Positions 25,615 to 38,543 of a stretch of 64,000 nucleotides of DNA are shown in pieces (positions within the stretch are counted from its first letter, which is position 1; every line of letters begins with the position of its first letter). Source of the stretch: Mobula hypostoma. Lineage: Eukaryota. Made by a program: the position numbers and the translations under genes. The stretch lies in contig NC_086097.1 of assembly GCF_963921235.1 (NCBI RefSeq), positions 162,814,001 through 162,878,000 on the forward strand, read 5' to 3'. The notes beneath the pieces were generated by a model. That model saw nothing but the letters and a program-made list of their open reading frames with translations, searched no databases and was not told the DNA's origin.

Positions 25615-28505
25615 AGAAACATAGAAAACCTACAGCACAGTACAGGTCCTTCAGCTCACAAAGCTGTGCTGAACATGTCTTTACCTTAGAAATTACCTAG
25701 AGTTACCTACAGCCCTCTATTTTTCTAACCTCCATGTACCTGTCCAACAGCCTCTTAAAAGACCCTATTTTATTCACCTCCACCACTGTCTCCGGCAGCC
25801 CATTCCACACACTCACCACTCCGCATTAAAATAAAACCTACCCGACATCTTCTCTCTGCCAGCTTCCAAGCACCTTAAAACTGTGTCCTCTCGTGTTAGC
25901 CATTTCAGCCCTGGGAAAAAGCCTCTGACTATCTACATGATCAATGCCTCTCCTATTGTTATACACCTCTATCACGTCACCTCTCATCCTCTGTCGCTCC
26001 AAGGAGAAAAGGCCGAGTTCACACAACCGATTCTCATAAGGCAGGGGTCCCCAACCTTTTTTGCACTGCAGACTGGTTTATTATATTCTTGCAGACCGGC
26101 CGACCCAGCGGGGGGAGGGTTGCCAACGAACAAGAGTATGTAGCAGACAAATACATTGTGTTTACCCCGAGAAAGACTACCATGATCATGAAGCCTTGCG
26201 CAGGCACCTGTGTGCAGATGCGTGACTTGCACATGTGTGTACATGCCAATTTTTTTCTACAAATCGTTTTTGGCGATTCTGTTCGGGGGGGTGTTAATCA
26301 CCAATGAAATATAGGTGATAAGTGGCTAATACACTCAATTTCATTTCTAAAAGGGTTTCTCTAACGAGTTTAATATTAAACACACAGCGCATACTTTCCT
26401 CGCATGAATATAGTGATAAGTCAATTATCAGGGGAGGACAGGGGAGCTTGAAGTAAGTGTTGAACGAACTTCCAGTAGAAGTGGTAGAGGCAGGTTTGAT
26501 ATTATGATTTAAAGAAAAATTGGGTAGGTATATGGACAGGAAAGGAATGGAGGGTTATGGGTTGAGTGCAGATCGGTGGGACTAGGTGAGAGTAGCGTTC
26601 GGCACGGACTAGAAGGGCAGAGATGGCCTGTTTCCGTGCTGTAATTGTTATATGGTTATTTAAGTCACATATAAGTCAATAGCATCATAACATTTTAAGT
26701 AACGTTTGAATATTAAACACACAGCACATATTTTCCCCATATGAACATATAAAATCATTGCAACACACCAATATCGCTGAATCAGTGGGAGCCCTGGGCT
26801 TGTTTTCCTGCAACAAGACGGTGCCATTGAGGGGTGATGGGAGACAGTGATACTCGAAGGGGTTTCCTTATATCCAGTCTATTCTGCAACTTAGTTTTCG
26901 TGGCTTTCATTGCAGAGATATGTTGGAAATGGAAGCAACGTTTTCAGTGCTTTCATGGCTATCTCAGGATATTTAGCCTTGACTTTGATCCAGAATGCCG
27001 GCAGAGATGTTATGTCAAACATACTTTTCAGCCTGCCGTCATTTGCAAGCTCGAGGAGTTGATCTCCTTCCCGCGCTGACATGGATGAAGTGTGCGTAAT
27101 GACCTCGCATGCGTTCAAGCTCAACAGTGGGTGTGACAGGGAATGAGGGAAGGTGCAGCTGAGACTCATATCGTTTCATATCGCCAAATCATATTGTTTC
27201 CTTGTGGCCCGGTAGCACATGCTATGCGGCCCGGTGGTTGGGGACCACTGTCATAAGACATGCTCCCCAATCCAGGCAACATCCTTGTAAATCCCCTCTG
27301 CAACCTTTCAATGTTTTCCAGATCCTTCTTGTAGTGAGGCGACCAGAACTGAGCACAGAACTCCAAGTGGGGTCTGACCAGGGTCCTATATAGCTGCCAC
27401 ATTACCTCTCGGCTCCTAAACTCAATCTCATGATTGATGAAGGCCAATGCACCATATGCTTTCTTAACCACAGAGTCAACCTGCGTAGTAGCTTTGAGTG
27501 TCCTATGGACTCGGAGCCCAAGATCCCTCTGATCCTCCACACTGCCAAGAGTCTTACCATTAATACTATATTCTGCCATCACATTTGACCTACCAAAATG
27601 AACCACCTCACACTTATCTAGGTTGAACTCCATCTGCCACTTTTCAGCCCAGTTTTGCATTCTATCAATGTTCCTCTGTAACCTCTGACAGCCCTCCACA
27701 CTATCCACAACACCCCCCCCAACTTTTGTGTCTTCAGCAAATTTACTAACCCATCCCTCCACTTCCTCATCCAGGTCATGCATAAGAACCATGAAGAGTA
27801 GGGGTCCCAGAACAGATTCCTGAGGCACACCACTGGTCACCGACCTCCATGCAGAATATGACCCGTCTACAACCACTCTTGCTTTGCCTTCTGTGGGCAA
27901 GCCAATTCTGGATCCATGAAACAATGTCTCCTTGGATCCCATGCTTCCTTAATTTCTCAATAAGCCTTGCATGGGGTACTTTATCAAATGCCTTGCTAAA
28001 ATCCACATACATTACATCTATGGCTCTACCTTCATCAATGTGTCACATCCTCAAAAAATTCAATCAGGCTCATAAGGCACGACCTGCCTTTGACAAAGCC
28101 ATACTGACTCTTCCTAATCATATTATGCCTCTCCAAATGTTCATAAATTCTACCTCTCAGGATCTTTTCCATCAACTTACCAACAACTGAAGTAAGACTC
28201 ACTGGTCTATAATCTCCCGGGTTATCTCTACTCCCTTTCTTGAACAAGGGAACAACATCAGCAACCCTCCAATCCTCCGGAACCTCTCCCATCCCCATTG
28301 ATGATGCAAAGATCATTGCCAGAGGCTCAGCAATCTCCTCCCTCAGCTCCCACAGCAGCCTGGGGCACATCTCATCCGGTCCCAGTGACCCATTCAACTT
28401 AATGCTTTCCAAAAGCTCCAGCACATCCTCTTTCTTAATTACCTACATGCTCAAGCTTTTCAGTCTGCTGTAAGTCATCCCTACAATCGCCAAGATCCTT
28501 TTCCA
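25615..28505 (-). mobile_element. 5'-truncated CR1 LINE interrupted by a hAT element
   Basis: YRPVSLTSVVGK, YVDFSKAFDKVPH, SGVPQESVLGP, RPHLEFCAQFWSP; tail ATAGAAACATAGAAA. Confidence 0.93.
26042..27250 (-). mobile_element. Non-autonomous hAT (Charlie/Buster-like) element with transposase C-terminal remnant
   Basis: TIRs CAGGGGTCCCCAACC / GGTTGGGGACCACTG; TSD TCATAAGG/TCATAAGA. ORF 26891-27169 has SLPAFWIKVKAKYPEIAMKALKTLLPFPTYLC (hAT dimerisation-domain like). Confidence 0.9.
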
Positions 28506-29180
28506 TAGTCCGTGGATAAGATTAAGTGGGGTACCAGCTCATTGGGGATTACACTCTGGGGGGAAAGCTGCTGAACTTTTGGGGTGCAGAGAGGCTGGCC
28601 GACTGCTATAGTACAGTGGGGGTGACTATTAGGTTTACAGCAGTGGGTATTGTACTTTTGTGTTTTATATATAGTTTAGCGGAATGTTCACGAGGGTCAT
28701 AATAATCTGAAGGTCAAATGGTCATGGTGTCACATCTTTCAAGGGGCAGTATGTCATGTGGGGGTGCTATGTTCAATTTTTTTTAAAAGATAAATTATAT
28801 TTGGATTCATCTCATACTTTGTGTGTCAAAACATCTCATGTTATTTTACACTGTGTGAATCGACGTTCAGTGTGAGAAAATGCCTGCCACATCCCTAAAT
28901 AATGTTGAGTTATCTTATGGTATCAAAGAAGTAAAACTGTCAACTTGGGAATGTGGAGAGAATAACATGCGTTAGTGTAAGAATGGTGGCTTATGGTCAG
29001 TGCAGACTTCATGAGAAGAAGGGCCTGTTTCCATGCTCAGTCACTATGAACAAAAGAACTACTATGTTTCAAATAGTGTGAGTAATGTCCAACCACATCG
29101 AAACAGATAAGGAGATTAGCACCTCATCTACAGGAGAACGCTTGAGACTTAAAAATCAAAAACATGGTGCTTTTGGTTAA

Positions 29181-29365
29181 ATGTGAGAGATCTGAGGGAT
29201 GTGATATTTTTACACAGACAGTGGTTGAATGTGAGGGATCTGAGGGATGTGGTAGTTTTACACAGACAGTGGTTGAATGTGAGGGATCTGAGGGATATGA
29301 AATTTTTACACAGACAGTGGATAAATATGAGGGATCTGAGGGATATATTTTTTACACGGATAGTG
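29181..29365 (+). repeat. 48-bp tandem repeat, about 4 copies, within a CR1 3' fragment
   Basis: Units begin at 29181, 29229, 29277 and 29325 (ATGTGAGGGATCTGAGGGAT...TTTTACACAGACAGTGGTTGA). Confidence 0.9.
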
Positions 29366-29862
29366 TTTTAATGTTCTGCTAGAAGAGACACTGGAAGCAG
29401 ATATAACTGCTTTATTCAAAAATTTAGACAGACATTTAAATAAGCAAACTATGGAGGATATTAAATAAAAATATAAAATGCTGTATATACTCAGCAGGTC
29501 AGACCACATCTAAAGGAGTAGAAGCATTTCAGAGTTCTGATGACCTGAAACAGTTATGTTTCTTTTCCCATGGATACAGCTTAATATGCTTTTTTTTTTT
29601 TAGCCCTTTCTGTTTTCATTTTAAATTTCCAGCATCTACAACATTTTTTGTTTCTTGCATAGAAGGATTTGGTCCTAATATGGAAAGAAGGGATTAGTGT
29701 ATTTGAGCAATAAATGTCAGCATGGATCTGAAAGGGCTATACAACTCTGTGACTTAGGTTCATTACAATGCACCTCTGAATATACCGATCTTTCAATTTT
29801 TAAAAACAGCAAATAAAAGAAAAAAAAAGTTTGATGATTGGCTCATTGCTTGGTTGTCTTAC

Positions 29863-30007
29863 CTAGTTTGCGATTACGTTGAAATGCAATCTTAAACCAA
29901 GTTCCATTGTTGTATCGTTTCTTGGTCACAAGTGTCAGAACTCCAGATCCGAGGTCAAACGTCACCCGAACTTTCCCATCTGCTAATTCAACTGCTAAGA
30001 AATCCCT
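29863..30007 (-). CDS. LAMA1: Laminin alpha-1 exon, LG2
   Basis: 145 nt encoding RDFLAVELADGKVRVTFDLGSGVLTLVTKKRYNNGTWFKIAFQRNRKL. Found by reading; not in the ORF track. Confidence 0.95.
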
Positions 30008-31109
30008 CTGGTAAAAGATAATTTAACAGTAGGGGGATCAGTTGAAAATTTATACCAATTATCGTCAACCACTTCCATTATTATAACTCGTACTTGAATT
30101 GCACTGGAATTGGGAAAATGGAAACATACACATTTGCATAGCGCCTTTATCACCTTGGAGAGTCATAAAGGTGCATTACGGCAGATGTAATGTCAGGGAC
30201 TAAATCACCGTTGTAACGTGGAAAGGCAGCCAATTTGCAGAAACCAACTTCACGCAAATAACAACGTAAAAGAATTAATTTAGGGCTGATGTTTCGGCAG
30301 CAAAGGGTTTGAGAGAGGTACGATGTTTGGTTGAAGTATACACCATCATGAGCGGTTTAGATCAAGGCGATAGATGGAAGCTGTTCTGATGGTGCAAAGA
30401 CTGGGGGCACCGAGTTAAAATATTGCACAAAAGATAGAGGAAATATGTAAGGAAAAACTTATGCAGATGGTGGTTATGATTTTGAATTCATTGCCTGCAA
30501 GGCTGGTGGAAATAGCTGGTGGAATCTAGCACTGTCTTCAAAGGGAACTGGATAGACACCCTGAGAGAGAAGGAGTTACACGTCAATGGGGAGAAACATG
30601 AGCAGGGGACTGACGGAAAAGATTCAATGCCCTATATAGCCACCTTCTCTGCTATACTAATCTATGATTCTACTTGGTTTGCAATATTGAGATACCCCTG
30701 CTGTTCTTTGAAAGTAGTGGATGCTGACTCATAAAATATATTTAAAGCTTTGATGGTTAAATCTTTTGACTATGGAGGTACTGAGCAAGTAAAAGGAAGT
30801 GAAGATTGGAGGGGCCATTGTCTTATTGAAAGGTGCTGTAAGCTCGATGGGTCAAATAGCCTTCTACTGTTAGTTATATTTTTGTTATAGGTAGTCACAG
30901 CAGTTATAAACTTTGGTCAGGCCATATTTGGAATACTGTATGTACTTCTGATTGCTGCAATACTGAAAGGACTTGGAGGCTCAGAGAAGATGCCGAAGAA
31001 GTTCACCAGGATGTGGTCTGGATTAGAGAATAATAACTATAAGGAGGAATTAGTCAAACTTGGATTGCTTTGTTTGGAGGATAAGAAACTGGGGTGGCGG
31101 GGGGGGGGG

Positions 31110-32768
31110 GGGGAACCTGACAGGCCTGTTTCCAGAAGGCATTCAATAAGCTGCTACATAAAAGATCTATCCATAAGATAATGATGCACAGAGTTGGGAA
31201 TAATGTATTAGCGTAGATAGAGGATTGGTTAACTAATAGAAAGCAGAGAGTTGGAATACATGGGTGTTACTCTGGTTGGCAATTAGGGGTGAACGGTGTG
31301 CCACAGAGGTCAGTGCTGGGCCTGCAAATGTTCATGGTATACATTAACAATCTGGAAGAGGGGACCGAGTATCTAAGTTTGCTGATGATACTAAATGGAG
31401 TGGAAATGCAAATTGTGCTGAAGATACAGAGTCTACAAACAGATATAGATAGGTTAAGTGAGAGGGCAAGGGTCTGGCAGATGGAGTACAATATTGGTAA
31501 ATGCGAGGTCATCCACTTTGTAAGGGAAAATATAAGAGCAGATTATTATTTAAATGGTAAAAAATTGCAGCATGCTGCTGTGCAGAGGGACTTGGGAGTG
31601 CTTGTGTATGAATCACAAAAGGTTGGTTTGCAGACGCAGCAGGCTAATGAGAAAGCAAATGGAATGTTGGCCTTCATTGCTAGAGGGATTGAATTTAAGA
31701 GCAGGGAGGTTATGCTAAAAACTGTACAGGGTATAGGTGAGGCTGCACCCGGAGTACTGCGTGCAGTTCTGGTCTCCTCACTTGAGGAATGACATACTGG
31801 CTTTGGAAGTGATGCAGAGGAGGTTCACCAGGTTGATTCCAGAGATGAAGGGGTTAGGATATGAGGAGAAATTGAGTTGCCTGGGATAGTACTCGCCAGA
31901 ATTCAGAAAAATGAAGAGATCTTATAGAAACATAAAATTATGAAAGGGATAGATAAGATAGAGGTAGGAAGGTTGTTTCCACTGGTAGGTGAGACTAGAA
32001 CTATGGACATAGCACCAAGATTTGGGGGGAGTATATCTAGGATGGAGATGAGGAGGAACCGCTTTTCCCAGAGAAAGGTGAATCTGTGGAATTCTCTGCC
32101 CAATGAAGCCATGGAGGCTACATCAATAAATACAAGTGATGATTGATAAGTTCGTGGCCTAAGGTAGGCGGAGTCAATTTTAGAAAACCTAGCATATTTA
32201 TTTTTCCTACATTTACACACTTAGTCCAGTGGTCGTGAAGCATACAGATCCCTTCTTTGGTGAAGTCGGCATCTTGGACCTCAGAAGTGGTCCACAGCAG
32301 GGGTGATTGATAAGTTTGTGGCCTGAGGTAGAAGGAGATGAGTTATTAACTTCAAACTTTCTGCATTTTCACTCAAAGGGTGAACTGCACGTGCATGTAA
32401 TGAGAGCTGTATAACTCATCTCCTTCTACCTTAGGCCACGACCCTATGAATCACCCCTGCTGTGGACCACCTGGAGGTCCAAGACGCCCTTGTTACATGC
32501 ACGTGCAGTTCAACTCTTTGAGTGATAATGCAGTAAGTTTGAAGTTAATAACTCATCTTCTACCTTAGGCCACGAACTTATCAATCACCCCTCGTATATT
32601 GAGGCCAAGGTTGGATAGATTTTTGCATAGTAGGAGATTTAAGGGTTATGGGTAAAAGGTAGGTAGGTGGAGATGAGTCCATGGCCAAATCAGACATGAT
32701 TTTATTAAATGGCAGAGCAGGCTCGACGACCCAGAAGGTCTACTGCTGCTCCTACTTCTTATGTTCTA
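31110..32768 (+). mobile_element. 5'-truncated CR1 LINE interrupted by a MITE
   Basis: ORF 31289-31792 (GVPQRSVLG, WQMEYNIGKCEVIHF, QRDLGVLV); 3' end resumes at 32597. A related 3' fragment lies at 33270-33567. Confidence 0.9.
32133..32594. mobile_element. Tc1/mariner-like MITE
   Basis: TA flanks; TIR TGATTGATAAGTTCGTGGCCTAAGGTAG at both ends; right end reads TACGAGGGG on the minus strand. Host CR1 is restored if removed (compare 33380-33410). Confidence 0.85.
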
Positions 32769-35622
32769 ATAATAATTATTCAGTGACTTTATCAAGATGG
32801 CCTGGTTAAAATATCCCAACATGATTGGGAAGTCATCAGGATGTGCTGTTTCATGCCTCCTGAAGGATGCAGCTGGATGTACACTAAGCATTTGTTCATA
32901 GTCTTCTGCTGCTGTAACCAATCCACTTCAAGGTTTGATGTGTAGTGATTTCAGAGTTGCCCTTCTGCACACCACTGTTGCAATGCTTGATTGTTTGAAT
33001 TACTGTCACCTTCCTGTCAGCTTGAACAAGTCTGACTGGTTCACCTGCTGATCGATCTACCTGAAGGTCATCCTCACTGCAATCAATAGATCTTTAGTCT
33101 GATATCTTGTAATTGGTTACACTTTGGTAGTTCACTCTGTGACTGCACCCTGTATATTGGTAGGGTTTCCCAAAGTTCAAAGTACATTTATTATCAAAGT
33201 ACGTGTACTATATATAACCTTGAGATTTGGCCCCTTACAGGCAGCCACAAAATAAGGAACTAGGTGACATAGCCTCACGATTCAGGGGAGGAGATTTAGG
33301 ATGGAGATGAGGAGGAACTGATTTTCTCAGAGAGTGGTGAAGCTGTGGAATTCTCTGCTCAATGAAGCAGTGAAAGTTACATCGGTAAATATATTTGAGA
33401 CAAGGTTGGATAGATTTTTGCACAGTAGGGGATTTAAGGGTTATGGGGAAAAGGCAGGTAGGTGGAGATGAGTCCATGGCCAGATCTGCCACGATCTTAT
33501 TGAATGGCGGAGCAGGCTCAATGGGCCAGATGGCCTACTCTTATTCCTATTTCTTATGTTCTTATGTATATAAAAGTATGAGAGGCCTAGGCATGACAGG
33601 TAGTCTTTTTCCTGGGATGTAAATGTCAAAGTCGAGAGGGGATAGCTTTAAGGTGAATTAGAGATATATTAGATTTACATGACAAGTTTAAAAAAAAATA
33701 CAGAGTGCTAGGTGCCTGGAATGTGCTACCAGGGTAGAGAATGGAAACAGACATGACAGCAATATTTGGGAGGTATACAAACCAGCGGGAGATGGAGGGA
33801 TTAGTTTAAATTGGCATCGTAGCTGGCAAACTCATCAAGGGCTAAAGTGCCTACTCCTGTCCTGTATGTGTTCTGTGTGCCACATTCTAACCTCTTGGTG
33901 TTTCAGCATTTCCACTGTACTGCACTGTTATCTCAGGCTAGACCTCTGTGCTCAACTCAATGGAGTTGAACTTGAACTCTGATGCTCTGTTTCGGCAGGA
34001 AGACATCTACTCGCTGGGAAATGTGGTTGTGGCTCACTTTTTCTGCTTGTCTGTAAAACTGTGCTGTTATTTACTTTCTATGGAAGAATCTGGAAAGGAA
34101 GCTGATAAACTAGGAAAACAAAATATCTCAAACAAGTCGCAATTCTAATTCTTCACTCTGCAAAGAACAAACCCACATTGCTTCTCAAAGAATTAACTTC
34201 CCCATGAGGGAAATGGCCCCAGAGCAGCTGCTCTGTCTGGAAAAAAAATCAATCTGCAAGTTTCACTCTTTTGATGTTTTACAGACAAAAGGGAACAGAA
34301 GAGAATTTCACATCCAAAGAAATTTCTAATGAAGGGAAACTGACTCAGATTGGCCTACATTGCTAACACAGGACTTCAAGTACTCATGGTTGAGCCGTCA
34401 CTGTGTTACTGTGTTCACGATCAAAATATCAGTTCGATATAGCACTTTAGAGTACGATGGCACAGTGCTATAGTATTTATGATTTGCTTCGTTTTAGTCT
34501 TTAAGCAAACAGGTGCACACTTTTATCTTCCTTTGAATCTGTCAGGTTTTGGCAGTGTGGCATCAGAGCAGGATAGCCTGCTTGTAGCTGAGGAACTCCC
34601 TGTCAGAAATAAGCTATTCTGCTTCATGCTGAGATACCGTCAAAGCACCCTATAAGGTGCCTGAAATCCAGAGACAAACAGTTAATGACTAATCCTTCTG
34701 TCATAGCACATTTTCTCAAAGAAATAAAAAGATAGTGAAACAAAGAAGAAATCTGAAGGCAATTGGATTGATATTTGAGGGTTTGTGGGGAATTGGCCAT
34801 AAAATTCAGTGGATAAGATATCTCACAAGTACGGTATATACAGTATGTTTCTTTCGAGGGTCTCCAATATTAAGAAGAATCTTGTTAGGTTTAAAATACA
34901 TTTAACCAGTTCTCACAAGTTTTATGCCAATCATGGAAGAAAAATAAAATTTGAAGTCCTATTTAAGTAATAATGTTTTACATTATCATTGCTCCTAAAA
35001 TAATTAAGTTAAAATACACTTTTAAAATAAATGTTAAATTCTTTCAAGCTTCTACAACTGCCTGGAATGGAATACATTCAACATATTTACTATTAGACAG
35101 GAGACTATTCAGCCCATCTGCTCCATTCCAGCTCTATCAGAGCAATACCATTATTTACATCCATTTCCTCCCTTATTTCCTCAGTAATCTTATTCTCTCC
35201 CACATGTCCATTAACATTAACACCTCAATGAATATTCTGCTGCTTAGTTAGTCCAAAGTTTATTTCTGTAGCTAATTAACCTATCAGTAAGATTTACGAT
35301 TGGGGGGGGGGGGAGGAGTGATGGAGAGGAGAAAGCATAGTCACAGGAAGAACGTGCAAACTCATACAGATTGTACCGGAGGTCAAAATTGAAAGCATTT
35401 CACTGATACTGAGAGTCAACAGCTTTACCTGTTGCCCCAAGAAATATGTAACAAAAATATAAAGAAAACTGTGTGTGGATATAAAATCAATTGTTTGATA
35501 TTTTCAAGATTCATAGCCCAGAGGAAATAAATGGAAGTATTTTTCAGAAACGTTTGAACTTTACAAATACACTGTATTAGACAAAGCCGCTGATGAAGTA
35601 ATCTAAGATGCCTCACACTTAC

Positions 35623-35773
35623 AGTGCCATTTGAAGCCAGGTACAGGAGTAGGCCATTTGGTGAGAATGTGCTGAAGTGCATCACCAGCTGAGTTGACGT
35701 AGAGCGCAATATCTTCTCAACAGCTGAGTAGCCGCTACCATCAAAGTGGAAAGCAATGTCTTCATGTTGGGAT
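35623..35773 (-). CDS. LAMA1: Laminin alpha-1 exon, start of LG2
   Basis: 151 nt encoding SQHEDIAFHFDGSGYSAVEKILRSTSTQLVMHFSTFSPNGLLLYLASNGT. Confidence 0.95.
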
Positions 35774-36229
35774 CTGCAGAAGACACACAATGCTTATCTC
35801 CAAATGATCTGCTTCCCTCGCTTTCCACCTAAAATCCACTGTACGTGGATTCATCCACAATTCTAAATTTTAGAATACTACACAAACATGTGACTGTGCT
35901 TGAATCAACACCTCTTCCTCAGATTATATCTCTCCAGATCTACTACTGCCACCTCACATCACAATAAAAACAACACTAATTGCAATTCCTTCCCTCCACA
36001 AGAAGTCATGTGAAGGCTTTGATAGAATTGGGGTCAGGGTGATGGCAGGAGATACGCCAGCTTTAAACATCAAGCAGAATATGAGAGCCACAGCATGTGG
36101 TTAAAAACATACCTGGGCACCAGATCCTTGTGACCTAATGTTTAATTTCATTTGCAGCTGTCTGCACTTTGCAATTATTAGCAAGTAGCAAAGCATCTAA
36201 ACATCTAATAAATGAGGTTATATCCAATA

Positions 36230-37102
36230 AATGTTGCAACCCACAGCTCCAATCTGCTAATTAAATATGCTGACAATACTACACTGATTGGCCTAATCTC
36301 AAACAATAATGAGGCAGCCTGCAGAGAAGAAGTCATCACTCTGACACAGTGGTGTCAAGAAAACAACCTCTCCCTCAATGTCGCAAAAACAAAGGAGCTG
36401 GTTGGGGACTACAGGAGGAATGGAGACAGGCTAACCCCTATTGACATCAATGGAACTGGGGTTGAGAGAATGAACAACTTTAAGTTCCTTGGCATAAACA
36501 TCACCGAGGACCTCATATGGTCTATAGATACCAGCTGTGTGGTGAAAGAGGCACTGTTGTGCCTTTTTCACCTCAGACAGTTGAAGAAGTTTGGTATGGG
36601 CCCCAAATCCTAAGAACTTTCTACAGGGGCACCACAGAGAGCATCCTGACTGGCTGCATCGCTGCCTGTTATGGGAACTGTACCATCAATCACAGGACTC
36701 TGCAGGGAGTGGTGCGGACAGCTCAGCACATCTGTAGATTTGAACTTCCCATGATTCAGGACACTTACAGAGACAGGTGCGTAAAAAGGGCCCGAAGTAT
36801 TATCGGGGACCCAAGTCACCCCAACCACAAACTGTTCCAGCTGCTACCGTCTGGGAAATGGTACCACAGCATAAAAGCCAGGACCAACAGGCTCTGGGAC
36901 AGCTTCTTCCACCAGGCCATCAGATTGATTAAATCATGCTGACACAACTGTATTTCTATGTTATATTGTCCTGTTGTACATACTATTTATTATAAATTAA
37001 TATAATTTGCACATTGCACATTTAGACAGAGATGTAACGTAAAGATTTTTACTCCTCATGTATATGAAGGATGTAAGAAATAAGTCAATTCTATTCAATT
37101 CA
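36230..37102 (+). mobile_element. Rex1/Babar-like LINE, RT C-terminal half
   Basis: IKYADNTTLIGLI, WCQENNLSLNVAKTKELV, FKFLGINI, FYRGTTESILTGCI; tail of ATTCA-like repeats. Confidence 0.88.
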
Positions 37103-38161
37103 AGATGGAAAAATATCAAAAGAATCATTAATGGGAAATATACTATTGATGTAAAACCATGAAAGCCAAAACTTTGCCCAGGGGCTCCTTCTGCTCTGCC
37201 TCTTACATGTGGCCACTACAAACACAGTGCAGCATTCAGTTTTATTATACATTGAACCCCTAATGAAATCCAGCACAACCATGATCCTATTGCATCATGG
37301 GCATGTGGTTATCTTAAAGTCAGGAGAAAATATAATAATACGAAAGGAAATTCAAAAAAATTAAATCCAGAAATCCAAAATTTCTGAACTTGGAATCTGG
37401 AAAGATGAGAACTCAAATGTTAATAAAACTTCCCTAAGTCAAATTTTGAGTGATTTGCTCTGCATTTTCTCTTCTAGTCAAAAACAATGAGCCTGAAATT
37501 TATCACACAATAGTCAATGACACGAAATTTTAGAAGTGGCATTCAAACACATACATTAATTGACCACTATGCATTTGAAAGAGGACAAATTTCTTTGTCA
37601 TAATGTAGGTGAATTATGAAACCCATATTTACAGCTACAATCACTTTCATAACAATGGTTAAAACTGAACTTTTTACAGCTGTGCAATTCATAATGAACA
37701 TAGCCAAAGCTAATGGATCTTAATAAACCGAAGCCTGTTTTAAGAAGCAGCAACACCCTGTAAATTTGCAATTTCTTTATTGTAAAAGCCATGAAGAGGT
37801 TTTTTGAGCATAATTGTTTGAAACATAGATTAGGAAGTTGGCACATGAGTTAAAGTGTTTTAAGAGTGGGGGAGACTGATTTCTCAACAAGCAATATTGT
37901 GCTGTAAAATCAGTAAATACACCAATTCTCATGCAAAAAGTACACTGAATGGCCAACGTGAGACGTGGTGACTTCTACAATGATACTGGAGTTGGTATTA
38001 AGTGAGGCGTTACACAGCACCATTAGGTGCACTTCTCTGGCCTTTGACTTTGCTGCAATTTTTCTCTTTGTGCTTGATGCCTTAAGTTTTGAGGGGCACA
38101 ATGTTTATTAAAGTGAAAATTAAGAAAATGCCATCAAAGCCGGGAGAATGAAAAACTTTAC

Positions 38162-38286
38162 CTTGCAAAACACCCACTGCATTTCCCTTCTCTCTCTCGA
38201 TAGTTCCACAAACCAATAGACCTTCCATCAAGAAATGCCTCGCCCATGCAGCCCTTGAAGTGCGTTACCTTCACCGCTGGTGCTTT
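38162..38286 (-). CDS. LAMA1: Laminin alpha-1 exon, end of LG1
   Basis: 125 nt encoding KAPAVKVTHFKGCMGEAFLDGRSIGLWNYREREGKCSGCFA; canonical splice sites. Confidence 0.95.
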
Positions 38287-38386
38287 CTGCACACAAGTGG
38301 AACAAAGTCATTGCAAAGCATTGATGCAGAACGCAAGAGAAGGTTGACACCAACAGTGATTGAAATGACCCAATATTGCAACTGAC

Positions 38387-38543
38387 CTTCACTCGCTTCG
38401 ACAGGCCTCCAACGAAAACCAGGGTGGAATTATTCACATCAAGCACTGTCGAAATTCCAGGGGACGTAGCTTTCTTTATGACTGGTTTGTCTGAAGCAGA
38501 AGATCCAACTTCTTGAATGGATAGGGTACCCATACGTCCAAAT
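38387..38543 (-). CDS. LAMA1: Laminin alpha-1 exon, LG1
   Basis: 157 nt encoding FGRMGTLSIQEVGSSASDKPVIKKATSPGISTVLDVNNSTLVFVGGLSKRVK. Confidence 0.93.

Noticed and set aside
29181..29365. CRISPR-like array or repeat-protein gene
   Set aside because: Contiguous units with no unique spacers, eukaryotic context, CR1-derived.
12720..31800. Active CR1 or transposase genes
   Set aside because: All RT, APE and transposase frames are broken by stops, frameshifts or deletions.
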